A stretch of 64,000 bases of DNA from Fibrobacteria bacterium (GCA_017881725.1 JADGQO010000076.1:6190-70189), one strand, 5' to 3'. Numbered from the stretch's first letter, positions 28,488 to 39,093 are shown. Numbers and translations are program-made. Notes: generated from the letters alone by a model not told the origin.

Positions 28488-29816
28488 ATGAACTACCTAA
28501 TCATCTTCATTTTTATTGGGCCGTTGGCTTGGCGGCTGTTCACGAATTATAAGCAAGGCGTCTACTGGGCGGTTTTCCTCCTCATAACCTTGAGCGCCAA
28601 CCCCGTGCTGATGAGCGGCGGCGCGATGCCCAATTTCAGCCTGCAGCGCCTGATCCTCATGGTTTTGTTGATTGGAGCCATCAAGAATCGGCAACTTTTC
28701 AAGGAGAACAATTCGCTCCATTTTAAATGGGCCTTGGTGCTATACGCCACCATCAATTTATTGCCCATGTTTTTCACCATAGATCTTCTGATGAGCATCA
28801 AGACCTATCTCTCCTTCACTTTTGAAATCGTCCTTTTTTACTTCATTATCGGTTCCAGCATTGAAAACCACCACGAGGCCAGGCAAATCGTTTTCGCTTG
28901 TACCACCGCACTGATAACGGTCGGCGTCCTGTGCTTAGTCGAGCGGTACACCCACTTTAATCCGGTTGACGCCTTCATGCCCGGTTATGTCCGGAAAGAC
29001 TTGTATGCGAACGACACGCTCTCCACCTTTCCCCATCGCATCCTCCTGGGAACAGCCATGGCCATGGGCTGGCCGCTGGCACTGGCCTTCGCGCAAGATG
29101 AGAATGGCCGGAGCTGGGCCTGGTGGCTGGGTATCGGCATCTTGCTTTTATCCTGTTATTTCTCCTTTTCGCGCGGGCCTTGGATTGCGGCGGCCTTTGC
29201 CGGGATCGGGATGTTCTTCCTGGCCGGGGCATCGGTGCGACGCCAGGCCCTGGTCGTGGTCGGATTAATCGTCGTCGCATTGATGTTGCGCCCGGGTGTG
29301 TGGGAAACCTTGTCCTCCAGCGTTCACGACACTGCGGACACGGAGTCCTTCAAAGGCCAAACCTACCAGTATCGATGGGAGCTTTGGAGCATCGCCTGGC
29401 GAAAAATCTCGGGGTCGGGGCTGAGAATTCTCTTTGGCTTCGGGCAGGGATCGACGGAAATTATGCCTTTTGAAACCGAATTGTCCTATACGAGCGAAAC
29501 CACCACGCTTTGGAGTTGGGACAACCATTATGCCGCCACTTTGTTTGAAACCGGACTGGTGGGCTTAACGGCGTTCATCGGCCTGTACTCATTGTTCTTC
29601 GTCAAGATTTTCGGCGCCCGGAAAACCGTTTTTGAGGAAAATAAAACCCTCCATGCCGGCATCCTGATCTCCATAGGCGTCTTGCTTTTCATGATGACCA
29701 ATGTCGCGATTTTCGCGCCGCAACTTAATTATCTGCTTTGGGCTCTCATAGCCGCGGGAACCAGCCTAAGCATGAACGATGAAGAGGAGAATGCCTATGC
29801 CGACGTCGCCCGCTAA
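28488..29816 (+). CDS. wzy: Wzy-type polymerase / O-antigen-ligase-like polytopic membrane protein
   Basis: More than 10 predicted TM helices with a large periplasmic loop region, positioned after wzx. The family is poorly conserved, so the call rests on context plus topology. Confidence 0.6.
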   Translation: MNYLIIFIFIGPLAWRLFTNYKQGVYWAVFLLITLSANPVLMSGGAMPNFSLQRLILMVLLIGAIKNRQLFKENNSLHFKWALVLYATINLLPMFFTIDLLMSIKTYLSFTFEIVLFYFIIGSSIENHHEARQIVFACTTALITVGVLCLVERYTHFNPVDAFMPGYVRKDLYANDTLSTFPHRILLGTAMAMGWPLALAFAQDENGRSWAWWLGIGILLLSCYFSFSRGPWIAAAFAGIGMFFLAGASVRRQALVVVGLIVVALMLRPGVWETLSSSVHDTADTESFKGQTYQYRWELWSIAWRKISGSGLRILFGFGQGSTEIMPFETELSYTSETTTLWSWDNHYAATLFETGLVGLTAFIGLYSLFFVKIFGARKTVFEENKTLHAGILISIGVLLFMMTNVAIFAPQLNYLLWALIAAGTSLSMNDEEENAYADVAR

Positions 29817-31005
29817 GGATGCCTACCGTATCGAAACGCTGCAAGGATTTCCGTCCTTGGAAGCCATTCGCGAACGTTGGCAACAATGGCAATACCATCC
29901 CAATTCGGATTTTGATTTCTTTTCGACCATCGTGAAAAGCCGCCCATCGGTGGTGGCGCCCGTCGCCATGGTGCTGTATAAAAAGGACGCGCCCGTCGCG
30001 CTGGCCGTGGGGCGGATGGAAAACGTCATCTTGCCCACCTCCTTCGGTTACCTGAAGGTTTTCAGCTCCACGCTTCGGCAATACACCATTGTTTATGGCG
30101 GTTTAATGGGACGCTGGGATGACGCGGGGGCATCCGTCCTCATCCAATATCTCCGCACGTGGATGAAGCAGCAAAAAATCGATGTCGCGCACTTGGCCGC
30201 CACGGAGCACGAACACCCCGTCTACAAAGCGGCGCTGCGGAACGTGCCCTTCTATTTCCGGGAAATCCTCCTGAAGAACAATCTTCATTGGACGGCCGAC
30301 CTCAAGGATGCTAAGGATAAATTCCAGAACAAAATCAATACCAAACACCGCTCCCAATTCCGCAACAAGGAAAAACAACTCGCGAAATTCTCCGGTGGGG
30401 ATATCCGCATAAAAAAATTCCAAAATCCCGGAGATACGACCGCATTCTGCCTGGATGCCGAGAAAATATCACAAACCACCTATTTACGCGGGCTTGGCGA
30501 GGGATTCTACGATACCCCGGAAATGCGAAGCCGCTTGGAACTGTCGGCCCGCAACGGTTGGATGCACGGCCACGTCCTATATGCCAATGAAAAACCTTGC
30601 GCCTTCTGGCTGGGGACATTGTACCAGAAAGTCTTTTACCTGGACTATACCGGCTTCAATTCGGATTTGAACCATTTCAGCCCCGGGCGTATCCTGTTCG
30701 TAAAAATGATCGAGGAGTTGTGTGAATCCCATGAGTTGCACAGCATCGATTTCGGATTCGGAGACGCGGAATATAAGCAACGGTACGGAGATCGGAATTG
30801 GATGGAATCCGACCTTTACCTTTTCAACCGGACGCCCGCCATGCTCTTGATCAACCTGGCGCGCAAAGCCATCGACGTGGCGAGGCTGGCCGCGGAGGGA
30901 ACCCTGAAGAGGTTTAACCTCCTCACCTTAGTGAAAAAAAAATGGCGGCATTCGGCGGAACAAACCGTGCACAACCAAGTTCGCTCCGACGCCTCGCCCG
31001 AGTGA
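29797..31005 (+). CDS. FemAB/CelD-like GNAT-fold acyltransferase (Acetyltransf_6/BioF2-like)
   Basis: C-terminal 'HVLYANEKPCAFWLGTLYQKVFYLDYTGFNSDLNHFSPGRILFVKMIEE…IDFGFGDAEYKQRYG'. Start 29797 is preferred (GAGGAGA 8 nt upstream); 29779 is an alternative. Confidence 0.6.
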   Translation: MPTSPAKDAYRIETLQGFPSLEAIRERWQQWQYHPNSDFDFFSTIVKSRPSVVAPVAMVLYKKDAPVALAVGRMENVILPTSFGYLKVFSSTLRQYTIVYGGLMGRWDDAGASVLIQYLRTWMKQQKIDVAHLAATEHEHPVYKAALRNVPFYFREILLKNNLHWTADLKDAKDKFQNKINTKHRSQFRNKEKQLAKFSGGDIRIKKFQNPGDTTAFCLDAEKISQTTYLRGLGEGFYDTPEMRSRLELSARNGWMHGHVLYANEKPCAFWLGTLYQKVFYLDYTGFNSDLNHFSPGRILFVKMIEELCESHELHSIDFGFGDAEYKQRYGDRNWMESDLYLFNRTPAMLLINLARKAIDVARLAAEGTLKRFNLLTLVKKKWRHSAEQTVHNQVRSDASPE

Positions 31006-31027
31006 AACCGAAGAAAGAAGTTCGCGT

Positions 31028-32212
31028 ATGAGAGTTTGCGTTTTGGCCTATACCTACTATGAAGGGGATAACCGGGTGCGTCGCTACGCGGAAGCCCTGG
31101 TCAAAAGGGGCGACACCGTGGACGTCCTGGCCTGTGGTCAGCCCGGTCAACCTTCCCGTGTCAAAATAGCCGGAGTGAATGTCCATCGGGTACAGACCCG
31201 TCGCATCGATGAAAAGGGGCATCTCGATTATTTGTTCAAAATTGTTTTTTTTCTGATCAATTCTTTCCTCTTACTGACATGGCGCCATCTCCGCAAGCCC
31301 TACCAACTCATCCACGTGCATTCCGTCCCGGACTTCGAAGTCTTCGCCGCGATGATCGCGAAATGGACGGGAGCCAAGGTCATTCTGGATATCCATGACA
31401 TCGTTCCTGAATTCTACGCCGTGAAATTCAACGCCGGGAAAATCACCTACTTGGCCCGCATGCTCATGGTGGTTGAAAAGGTTTGTTGCACGTTTTCGGA
31501 TCACGTCATCATATCCAACCACATTTGGGAAACGAAGTTGGTCGCCCGTTCCGTGGAAAAGGGAAAATGCACCGTGATGTTGAACTATCCCGACCCGAAC
31601 ATTTTCATCCGTCCGCCGGGAGTCCAACCGGAAGGTGTTTTCTCCATGATCTATCCGGGGTCCTTGAGCCGGCATCAAGGCCTGGATATCGCCATTCACG
31701 CTCTGGCATTGGTCCGCGAGGATCTGGGAGTCTTTGCGTTCGATATTTATGGACGCGGCGGAGAATTGCAGGCCCTGAAGGATTTGACCCTCTCCCTGGG
31801 CTTGCATGACCGGGTGTTTTTCCACGGCATCCTTCCCTTGGAGGAGGTCGCGAAAAAAATGGCGGCGGCGCATCTAGGCATCATCCCCAAACGCGCCGAT
31901 GATTTTGGAAACGAAGCCTTCAGCACCAAAATATTCGAATTCATGGCCCTGGGAGTGCCCGCGCTGGTATCCAGCACCAAAATCGATCGCTTTTATTTCG
32001 ATGACTCGGTGGTCATGTTTTTCGAATCGGAAAACGCGAGAGACCTGGCCGACAAAATCCTTTATCTGTACAAGCGCAAAGATCACCGGGATGCCTTATC
32101 CAGTGCGGCCCTCAAATTCATCGCCCCCTATAGTTGGGAACAGAAAAAATCGGAATACTTCACCCTCGCCGATCGATTGGTAAACTCCAAAAAGGAAATA
32201 CTCCATGTTTAG
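31028..32212 (+). CDS. family 4 glycosyltransferase (GT-B)
   Basis: 'EFMALGVPALVSST…' C-terminal GT4 motif with the E-x7-E region. Confidence 0.75.
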   Translation: MRVCVLAYTYYEGDNRVRRYAEALVKRGDTVDVLACGQPGQPSRVKIAGVNVHRVQTRRIDEKGHLDYLFKIVFFLINSFLLLTWRHLRKPYQLIHVHSVPDFEVFAAMIAKWTGAKVILDIHDIVPEFYAVKFNAGKITYLARMLMVVEKVCCTFSDHVIISNHIWETKLVARSVEKGKCTVMLNYPDPNIFIRPPGVQPEGVFSMIYPGSLSRHQGLDIAIHALALVREDLGVFAFDIYGRGGELQALKDLTLSLGLHDRVFFHGILPLEEVAKKMAAAHLGIIPKRADDFGNEAFSTKIFEFMALGVPALVSSTKIDRFYFDDSVVMFFESENARDLADKILYLYKRKDHRDALSSAALKFIAPYSWEQKKSEYFTLADRLVNSKKEILHV

Positions 32213-33092
32213 CCCGGTGAAATATGTCGTTATTTCCCCCGTGAAAAACGAAGCGCGTTTTCTTCCGCAAACCATCGCTTCCATGGTTTCCCAAAAACTT
32301 CCTCCCGTATTGTGGTTGGTGGTCGATGATGCCTCCACGGACGCCACAGCCCGTCTCATCAAGGAATGCGGATTAAAATATCCCTGGGTCCACTATCTGC
32401 TTCATCCCGGCGAAGCGGAGCGGAAAACCGGGTCGGCCGAAATTCACGCCTTCGATTTTGGGTTTAAGACCTTGGGAAATCTTGATTTCGATTTCATCGT
32501 GAAACTCGACGGAGATTTGCGCTTCAGCGAAAGTTACTTCGAAAGGCTGCTGGCGAAATTTTCCGGAAACGAAAAACTGGGGATCGCTTCGGGAGTTTAC
32601 CTGGAGGAGACCGGCGCATCCTGGATGCCCGTGGAAATGCCCAGCTACCATGCCGCGGGTGCGAGCAAGGTGGTACGCCGGAAATGCTTCGCGGAAATAG
32701 GCGGCTTCATTGCCCAGCGCGGTTGGGATACCATCGATGAAATTCGCGCGCAGGCAAAAGGTTGGGATAGCGCGCATTTTCCGGAAATACAATTTTATCA
32801 CTTGCGCAAAGAAGGAACCGGCATGGGCGCCCTCCACACCGCCGTCATGCATGGAGAGATTTTCTACCGCAGCGGCGGCAGTCCGATATTCTTTTTTCTG
32901 AAATCGATCCATCGCTTGCTGCTGGGCAGACCGTTTCTGATTTCAGGTTGCTCGATGATTTACGGATATTTCCGAGCCTTGCTGGGAAGGCGGGAAAAGT
33001 TGGTGAATCCTTTGGAAGCGCGGACCTATAGACGCTTGCTGAATCGCAGGATGCGTTTCGGAATTAAATCCCCGGCTCACGCCAGGGCTTGA
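32205..33092 (+). CDS. family 2 glycosyltransferase
   Basis: 'VVISPVKNEARFLPQTIASMVSQ…LWLVVDDASTDAT'. 8-nt overlap with the upstream GT4. Confidence 0.7.
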   Translation: MFSPVKYVVISPVKNEARFLPQTIASMVSQKLPPVLWLVVDDASTDATARLIKECGLKYPWVHYLLHPGEAERKTGSAEIHAFDFGFKTLGNLDFDFIVKLDGDLRFSESYFERLLAKFSGNEKLGIASGVYLEETGASWMPVEMPSYHAAGASKVVRRKCFAEIGGFIAQRGWDTIDEIRAQAKGWDSAHFPEIQFYHLRKEGTGMGALHTAVMHGEIFYRSGGSPIFFFLKSIHRLLLGRPFLISGCSMIYGYFRALLGRREKLVNPLEARTYRRLLNRRMRFGIKSPAHARA

Positions 33093-33106
33093 AGGGATGG
33101 AGTAAA

Positions 33107-35011
33107 ATGTGCGGAATTTGCGGGATATACAATACTAATGGAGAACCGGCGGAAGCTGATACCCTCCACGCCATGAGTCAAGCCCTCCATCACCGCGGGC
33201 CGGACGGGTCGGGTTCCTTTCTTGATGGGCCGGTCGCCTTAGGTCACCGCAGGCTGAGCATCATCGATGTCTCCGGGGGCGCGCAACCCATTTCCAATGA
33301 AGATGATTCTTTGCAACTGGTTTTCAACGGTGAGATATACAACTATATCGAATTACGAAAACAGCTTTTGCAAAGCGGCCATCGCTTCAAAACCCAATCG
33401 GATACCGAAGTCATCCTCCATGCTTATGAGCAATGGGGCGTTGATTGCGTCAAGCGTTTCAACGGGATTTTCGCCTTCGCGCTGTGGGATGGAAACCAGC
33501 GTCGGCTTTTCCTGGCCCGCGATCATTTGGGCGTCAAACCCCTGTACTACGCCTTGATTGGCAGTCGCCTCATTTTCGCCTCGGAAATCAAAGCCTTGTT
33601 GCAAGATCGCCATTGCCCCCGCGCCGTCGACGTCAAGGCCTTGGGTGATCTTTTCAGCTACCGTTATGTGCCTTCCCCCGCGACTTTGTTTCGCGGGATC
33701 AAAAAACTCAGTCCTGGCCATTTTATGGTGATTAGTCAATCCGCCTTGGTCATTAAGCGCTACTGGGACAGGATTCCAAAAATCGACAAGGTTTCCACGG
33801 AACGGAACCTCATGGAACAATACCAGGAACTGTTCGAGGATGCCGTGCGCCTGCAAACGCGCAGCGATGTTCCGGTGGGCCTTTTCCTAAGTTCGGGAGT
33901 GGACTCCGGCGCCATCCTTTCCCAGATGCGCCGGCACATCAATGGACCGCTGCATACGTTCACCATCGGATTCTCCGGCGGGGAAAAAACCAATGAAAAT
34001 GCCGACGCGCGATCATTAGCCAAACAATTCGGCGCTCAACACCATGAGCGCATCGTCACCCCGGACGACTACCTCCGTTACTTTGAAAACTATATCTGGG
34101 ACATCGAAGAACCCGTCGGGAATGAGACCGCGGCGGCGTTTCATTTCGTCAGCGAGTTGGCCCATGAAAATGTCAAAGTCGTCTTGACGGGACAAGGCGC
34201 CGACGAGCCCTGGGCCGGATATCATCGGCATCTGGGGGTTAAGCTCTCCGCAATCTATTCGCGCTTGCCGTCCTTAGTCACCGGAACCATTAAGGGCGTC
34301 GTGAACCGGCTACCCCGGAACGAACGGCTTAAACGCGGAGTGGCCGCCCTGGACGAACCAGATATGCTTTCGCGCTTCGCGAAGATATACGCCTTTTTTC
34401 ATTCCGACATGAAAAACCGTCTTTTCACGGATTCTACTAAGGAACAATTGAACTACGCCGGTCAAGAAAAGGGAGAATCCCTGCGGCGTCTCTATGATGA
34501 AGTCAGGCATCTGGATCCCGTTTCACGCATGTTATACCTCGATACGCGCACCGATTTACCCGACGACTTGTTGATGGTGAACGACAAAACCTCCATGGCT
34601 AATTCCATCGAAGCACGCGTTCCATTCCTGGATCACCGCCTAGTGGAATTGGCGGAAACCATTCCTTCCTATCTAAAAATAAAGGGTTTGCACGGAAAAT
34701 ATTTGCACAAGAAAGCCGCGGAAAAGTGGCTGCCTAAGGATGTGGTTTATCGCAAGAAAAAGGGATTCGCCAATCCCATTAACGAATGGTTGCGCGGCGC
34801 CATGCGGCCGTTTATCGAGGAGTGCCTGTTCAGCGAAGCATCCGCCGTCCGGTTATATTTCGATATAGGCTATATCCGTCAATTAGTGACTTTGCACGAA
34901 TCGAAACAAGAAGATTATTTATTCCATATTTATTTACTCATCTCTTTTGAATTATGGCATCGGCAATTCATCGATCATCCCGTTCAAGTTGTCGGTCACT
35001 ATGCGAAATAA
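33107..35011 (+). CDS. asnB: asparagine synthase (glutamine-hydrolysing) family amidotransferase
   Basis: Track start 33089 is TTG. ATG 33107 gives the obligatory 'MCGICGIY' N-terminal nucleophile Cys. 'SGGVDS' PP-loop ('LSSGVDSGAI'). Confidence 0.85.
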   Translation: MCGICGIYNTNGEPAEADTLHAMSQALHHRGPDGSGSFLDGPVALGHRRLSIIDVSGGAQPISNEDDSLQLVFNGEIYNYIELRKQLLQSGHRFKTQSDTEVILHAYEQWGVDCVKRFNGIFAFALWDGNQRRLFLARDHLGVKPLYYALIGSRLIFASEIKALLQDRHCPRAVDVKALGDLFSYRYVPSPATLFRGIKKLSPGHFMVISQSALVIKRYWDRIPKIDKVSTERNLMEQYQELFEDAVRLQTRSDVPVGLFLSSGVDSGAILSQMRRHINGPLHTFTIGFSGGEKTNENADARSLAKQFGAQHHERIVTPDDYLRYFENYIWDIEEPVGNETAAAFHFVSELAHENVKVVLTGQGADEPWAGYHRHLGVKLSAIYSRLPSLVTGTIKGVVNRLPRNERLKRGVAALDEPDMLSRFAKIYAFFHSDMKNRLFTDSTKEQLNYAGQEKGESLRRLYDEVRHLDPVSRMLYLDTRTDLPDDLLMVNDKTSMANSIEARVPFLDHRLVELAETIPSYLKIKGLHGKYLHKKAAEKWLPKDVVYRKKKGFANPINEWLRGAMRPFIEECLFSEASAVRLYFDIGYIRQLVTLHESKQEDYLFHIYLLISFELWHRQFIDHPVQVVGHYAK

Positions 35012-36320
35012 ATCGTGGTTCGATAACCGTAACCAAAATGACAAGGTTGATTCCTGGCTTCTCGCCTTGCTTATCATCGCCGCCTTGGTCCTGACCCATT
35101 GTACCGAACCCAGGGCAAGTACTTATTATATCGATTTTGAGCGCGGCATGGATAGGCATTCGGGCCTCTCTAAGCAAGACGCCTGGAAGCGCTGCCCGGG
35201 AATGAAGGGGTTTAACGGATCTTATCGGCATCAAGCGGGGGACCATTTCATCTTCAGGGGCGGAAGTGTTTGGCCTGCCGAAGCATTGCCCCTCGCCATC
35301 CGGCATAGCGGGGCGGACAGCCTGCCCGATGTCTACGCAACGGATCATTCATGGTATTTAACTTCCGTCTGGACGCAACCCACCTTTACCAGCCACCATA
35401 CTCAAACCCAGCTTTTCACCGCGAGCAAGGAGTCCAACTTCATCATCGACGATTTGAAGTTCATTGATTTTGGGACAGCGGGGATTGAAAACGGCGGGAA
35501 GGCGTTGGATATACAAGCCTGTTCCCATTACGCTATCAAACATTGCACCATCGCGCCGCAAGCTTGGATTGGACTTTACCTCCATTCCTATTCCGGATTA
35601 AGTGAAGAGGGGATTCTCATCGACAGTAATGACATCAGCGCGGCGGGGCAGGCCATTGTCTTGGCTGTGGAAGCGCCGCATACGGAAATGCAAAAGGTTG
35701 TCATAAGGAATAATTCCATCCATGATTTATCCTCGCAAATCGTAGGTGGAACCCATGGCGACGGCATCCACACCTGGAATTCCGTCCAAACCGATCATTC
35801 CCAATTCATAACCGATCTCTCCATCCTGGATAATCATTTTTTTGGAGACTTCTCCGGCGGGGATGATGGGAAGGCAAGCATGACGGCATTGATTTACCTG
35901 ACCGATCCGGGTAAACGGGCGACAATTTCCGGAAATGCTTTGTCATATTCCAAGGCCACCCATTTTACATCCCTGATCTGGGTGCGATATTTCGACAGCG
36001 TATCGGTGACGAATAATTCCTTAACCATGGATACCGCGCAGGGAGGAATCGGCATCATAGTGGGCCAGGGAGAAATCGGGAAAACGGTTTCCTTGGTGGG
36101 CAATACCATCAACGGAGCTAAGTATTGCTACTACATCTACGACGACGCCAGTCCAACCATCCGCATAGAAAACAACCATTGCGAATCCACCGGACCGACG
36201 GTGGCCTTTTGGAACCTGGCCGGAAAAACCTGGGCTGAATGGCAAATCCTGGGAAACGATCGTCACGGATCGCATACGAATTTTCCGCCGAACAATGGCT
36301 TGGAAGCGGTCGCGCCATGA
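35001..36320 (+). CDS. secreted right-handed beta-helix repeat protein, paralogue of 13035-14654
   Basis: Signal/TM 'WLLALLIIAALVLT'. 'YYIDFERGMDRHSGLSKQDAWKRCPGMKGFNGSYRHQAGDHFIFRGGSVWPAEALPL' aligns with 'YFIDYTDGLDANPGTSKTSPWKKCPGMNGFNSAYTHAPGDVFIFKGGVVWPAEALPL'. The ATG overlaps the asnB stop by 11 nt. Confidence 0.6.
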   Translation: MRNKSWFDNRNQNDKVDSWLLALLIIAALVLTHCTEPRASTYYIDFERGMDRHSGLSKQDAWKRCPGMKGFNGSYRHQAGDHFIFRGGSVWPAEALPLAIRHSGADSLPDVYATDHSWYLTSVWTQPTFTSHHTQTQLFTASKESNFIIDDLKFIDFGTAGIENGGKALDIQACSHYAIKHCTIAPQAWIGLYLHSYSGLSEEGILIDSNDISAAGQAIVLAVEAPHTEMQKVVIRNNSIHDLSSQIVGGTHGDGIHTWNSVQTDHSQFITDLSILDNHFFGDFSGGDDGKASMTALIYLTDPGKRATISGNALSYSKATHFTSLIWVRYFDSVSVTNNSLTMDTAQGGIGIIVGQGEIGKTVSLVGNTINGAKYCYYIYDDASPTIRIENNHCESTGPTVAFWNLAGKTWAEWQILGNDRHGSHTNFPPNNGLEAVAP

Positions 36321-37654
36321 GGAATATTTCCCTGCTGGGGGCTAACTTCGATTCCGGCAATATGGGCGTCGGCGCGCTTACCATGGGCGCGATTGAGTGC
36401 GTAAATCAGGCTTGGCCGAATGCGGAAATCTCATTTCTGGATTATGATGACGCCTCCAAGACCATTGCCTGCAAATTGAACGGTGGCATCATTCCCATCA
36501 AATTGATTGCCATGCGGTTTTCCAAGAAATTCTACCTCGGCAACAATATTGCATTGCTGATTTTGGTTTCGGCATTATTGCGGCTACCCTTTCCCAAATG
36601 GATTAAAGACAGATTAGTTCGAAGGAATAATTGTTTAAGACATCTTGAGGGTGCGGATATGGTCTTATCCATTGCCGGGGGCGACAGCTTCAGTGACATA
36701 TATGGCCAAGCCCGGTTTTACTACATCGTACTGCCCTTATTGTGGGCCATTGCGATGAAAAAAAAAATCGTGATCATGCCCCAGACCATCGGGCCCTTCG
36801 CAAATATCGTCGCATCCCGCATCGCCGCATTTATCCTGAGGCATTCCCAAGTCGTTTATGCGAGAGACAAGGAAAGCCTGGCCCTGGCGCAGGCCCTGCT
36901 GGGACCCAAATTTCCCACGAAGGCGCGATTCAGCTATGACCTTGGTTTCCTGCTGGCGCCGATCCGACCCGATTTTAAATTCATAGAATTTCCAGAAAAG
37001 ACGAAACGCCAAAGGCCCGTCGTCGGGTTGAATATCAGCGGGCTTTTATGCATGGGCGGATACAGTCGAAAAAACATGTTCGCGTTGAAAGTCAATTACT
37101 CGGATTTGATCCGAGCGCTGATTCAATACCTGGTGATGGAAAAAAATGTCGACGTTTTGCTTATCCCTCATGTATTCGGGGAATCGCAGGAATCCGACGT
37201 AACCGCCTCGGTTCGGTTTTTCCAGGAATCGGAAAACCGTTACGGAAGCCATCTGCGCCTTGCACAGGGAGACTTTGATCAAAATGAAATCAAGTTCGTC
37301 ATCGGCCAATGCGACTTCTTCATCGGCTCACGCATGCATGCCTGTATCGCCGCGCTCTCCCAAGGAATTCCCGGAATCGCCGTTGCCTACAGCCGGAAAT
37401 TCCATGGTGTCCTGGAATCGATAGGCATGGAAAACCTTATCGCAGATCCCCGTCAAAACTCGTTGGAAGAAATTCTGGCCCAGGTTGGTATGGCCTTGGA
37501 CTTAAGAATTGAACACGGGCGGAAGCTGCAGGAAAAGATGCGATTCATAAAACACGCAGTGCTTCATCTCTTCCAGGAACCGGGGGAACGGAAGGACATG
37601 GAGCTATCCGAACCCTCGCAATTGAATCGGTCAATGGAATTCAATCCAGGATAA
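36317..37654 (+). CDS. polysaccharide pyruvyl transferase (CsaB/WcaK-like)
   Basis: 'LSIAGGDSFSDIYG' and 'FIGSRMHACIAA' PS_pyruv_trans motifs. ATGA overlap with the upstream gene. Confidence 0.7.
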   Translation: MRNISLLGANFDSGNMGVGALTMGAIECVNQAWPNAEISFLDYDDASKTIACKLNGGIIPIKLIAMRFSKKFYLGNNIALLILVSALLRLPFPKWIKDRLVRRNNCLRHLEGADMVLSIAGGDSFSDIYGQARFYYIVLPLLWAIAMKKKIVIMPQTIGPFANIVASRIAAFILRHSQVVYARDKESLALAQALLGPKFPTKARFSYDLGFLLAPIRPDFKFIEFPEKTKRQRPVVGLNISGLLCMGGYSRKNMFALKVNYSDLIRALIQYLVMEKNVDVLLIPHVFGESQESDVTASVRFFQESENRYGSHLRLAQGDFDQNEIKFVIGQCDFFIGSRMHACIAALSQGIPGIAVAYSRKFHGVLESIGMENLIADPRQNSLEEILAQVGMALDLRIEHGRKLQEKMRFIKHAVLHLFQEPGERKDMELSEPSQLNRSMEFNPG

Positions 37655-37704
37655 ATTTCGGAATCTGGACCAGTGTGAAACCCTGTAGGCCCCCGTGCCT
37701 GCGG

Positions 37705-38454
37705 TTATCCGGGCTTCCGGAATTCAAGGCAATAAAAACGGTTCTCCCACAGTAGCTCCATCCGTCGTTCCCGAATCTCCTCGGGTATGGCGGCTTCAAT
37801 CTCCCGCAGGTCAACATCCAAGCCCTTGAATTGGCTTTTGCTTAAAGCGCTTTTCTGGTATTGGCTTTTAACGTAGTCGCCCGTTTCATCCGCAACGAGA
37901 AGCTTGGTTCCCGGCTTTGCGACACGCAGCATTTCCCGGATAGCCAGGGCTTTGTCATTGAAGAAATTGATGCCACCGACATGAAAAACAATGTCGAAGG
38001 CATTGTCAGCGAAGGGCAAATCCTCCGCGCAGCAATTCCACAGGGATACGCGTAATTTGGATTTGGAAAATTTTTTCCCGCATTTTCTCAGCATGCCCAG
38101 GGATATGTCGACGCCATAAATTTCCAGGGTGGAAGCATCGATGTGCGACGGAATGAAGTCCAAATTTCTGCCGGTCCCAATGGACACGTAGAGCACGGAG
38201 ACTCCATTTTTCCACTCCAATGCGGAGATGATTTTTCTCCTCATGGCTTGGACCGCGTTTCCATATTTGAATTTTCCAACCCAGGTCTCGACGAAATCGT
38301 AGCCGCGAGACATCCAATCGTACATCTTTTGGAATTTCGCATTATCGCCCATGAGATATTTTGGATTCAGGAAGACGTTTATCCCGTCTATGGATTTCCG
38401 GTCCTCACCGAAAACTTCGGGTTTTAATTTTCCCTTATCGGCGACAGCCAACAT
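37705..38454 (-). CDS. class I SAM-dependent methyltransferase
   Basis: Motif I 'VLYVSIGTGRNL', motif post-I 'IYGVDIS', 'AKPGTKLLVAD'. Confidence 0.7.
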   Translation of the reverse strand: MLAVADKGKLKPEVFGEDRKSIDGINVFLNPKYLMGDNAKFQKMYDWMSRGYDFVETWVGKFKYGNAVQAMRRKIISALEWKNGVSVLYVSIGTGRNLDFIPSHIDASTLEIYGVDISLGMLRKCGKKFSKSKLRVSLWNCCAEDLPFADNAFDIVFHVGGINFFNDKALAIREMLRVAKPGTKLLVADETGDYVKSQYQKSALSKSQFKGLDVDLREIEAAIPEEIRERRMELLWENRFYCLEFRKPG

Positions 38455-38457
38455 GCT

Positions 38458-39093
38458 TCATCCCTTCTTACGCACTACTTGCAATCCGTCTCGGACCGTC
38501 AGTAGCACGTTTTCCACGCGTCCATCAACCAGGATTTTTTGATTCAGCGCATCAATGGCCATGCTTTCCCGATCATTAGGCTTCAATACCAAGCCGGACC
38601 ACAAGGCATTGTCCACCAGCATAAGGCCGCCCGGTCGGAGCAACGGTAATACGGCATCGTAATAGGCGGGATAATTTTCCTTGTCGGCATCGATGAAAGC
38701 CAGGTCGAATGGCCCCGACAAGGTCGCAAGCGTTTCCAGAGCCGGCCCCATGCGTATGGAGATTTTTTTTCCATGCGGGCTGCGGTTGAAATAGCGTTGC
38801 GCGAAAGCGGCGTGCGCAGGCTCCAATTCGCACGTGATCACTTCGCCGTCATCGGGCAAGGACTCGGCCATGGACAAGGCGGAATAGCCGGTGAATGTTC
38901 CTATTTCTAAAATACGGCGCGCTCCGGAAAGTTGCGCCAAAATTTTCAAAAGTCGGCCTTCCATGCGTCCGGTCAGCATTTGCGGACTTTGCATTTTCGC
39001 TTGGGTCTCTTCCGCCAATTGTTGGAGCAACACAGGTTCGGATTGGGTGTGTTCAAAAGCGTAGGTTTCCACATCCGGATCGATGAAGTTCAT
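38458..39093 (-). CDS. cation-dependent O-methyltransferase (caffeoyl-CoA OMT-like, class I SAM)
   Basis: 'ILEIGTFTGYSALSMAESLPDDGEVITCE…FDLAFIDADKENY'. Confidence 0.75.
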   Translation of the reverse strand: MNFIDPDVETYAFEHTQSEPVLLQQLAEETQAKMQSPQMLTGRMEGRLLKILAQLSGARRILEIGTFTGYSALSMAESLPDDGEVITCELEPAHAAFAQRYFNRSPHGKKISIRMGPALETLATLSGPFDLAFIDADKENYPAYYDAVLPLLRPGGLMLVDNALWSGLVLKPNDRESMAIDALNQKILVDGRVENVLLTVRDGLQVVRKKG

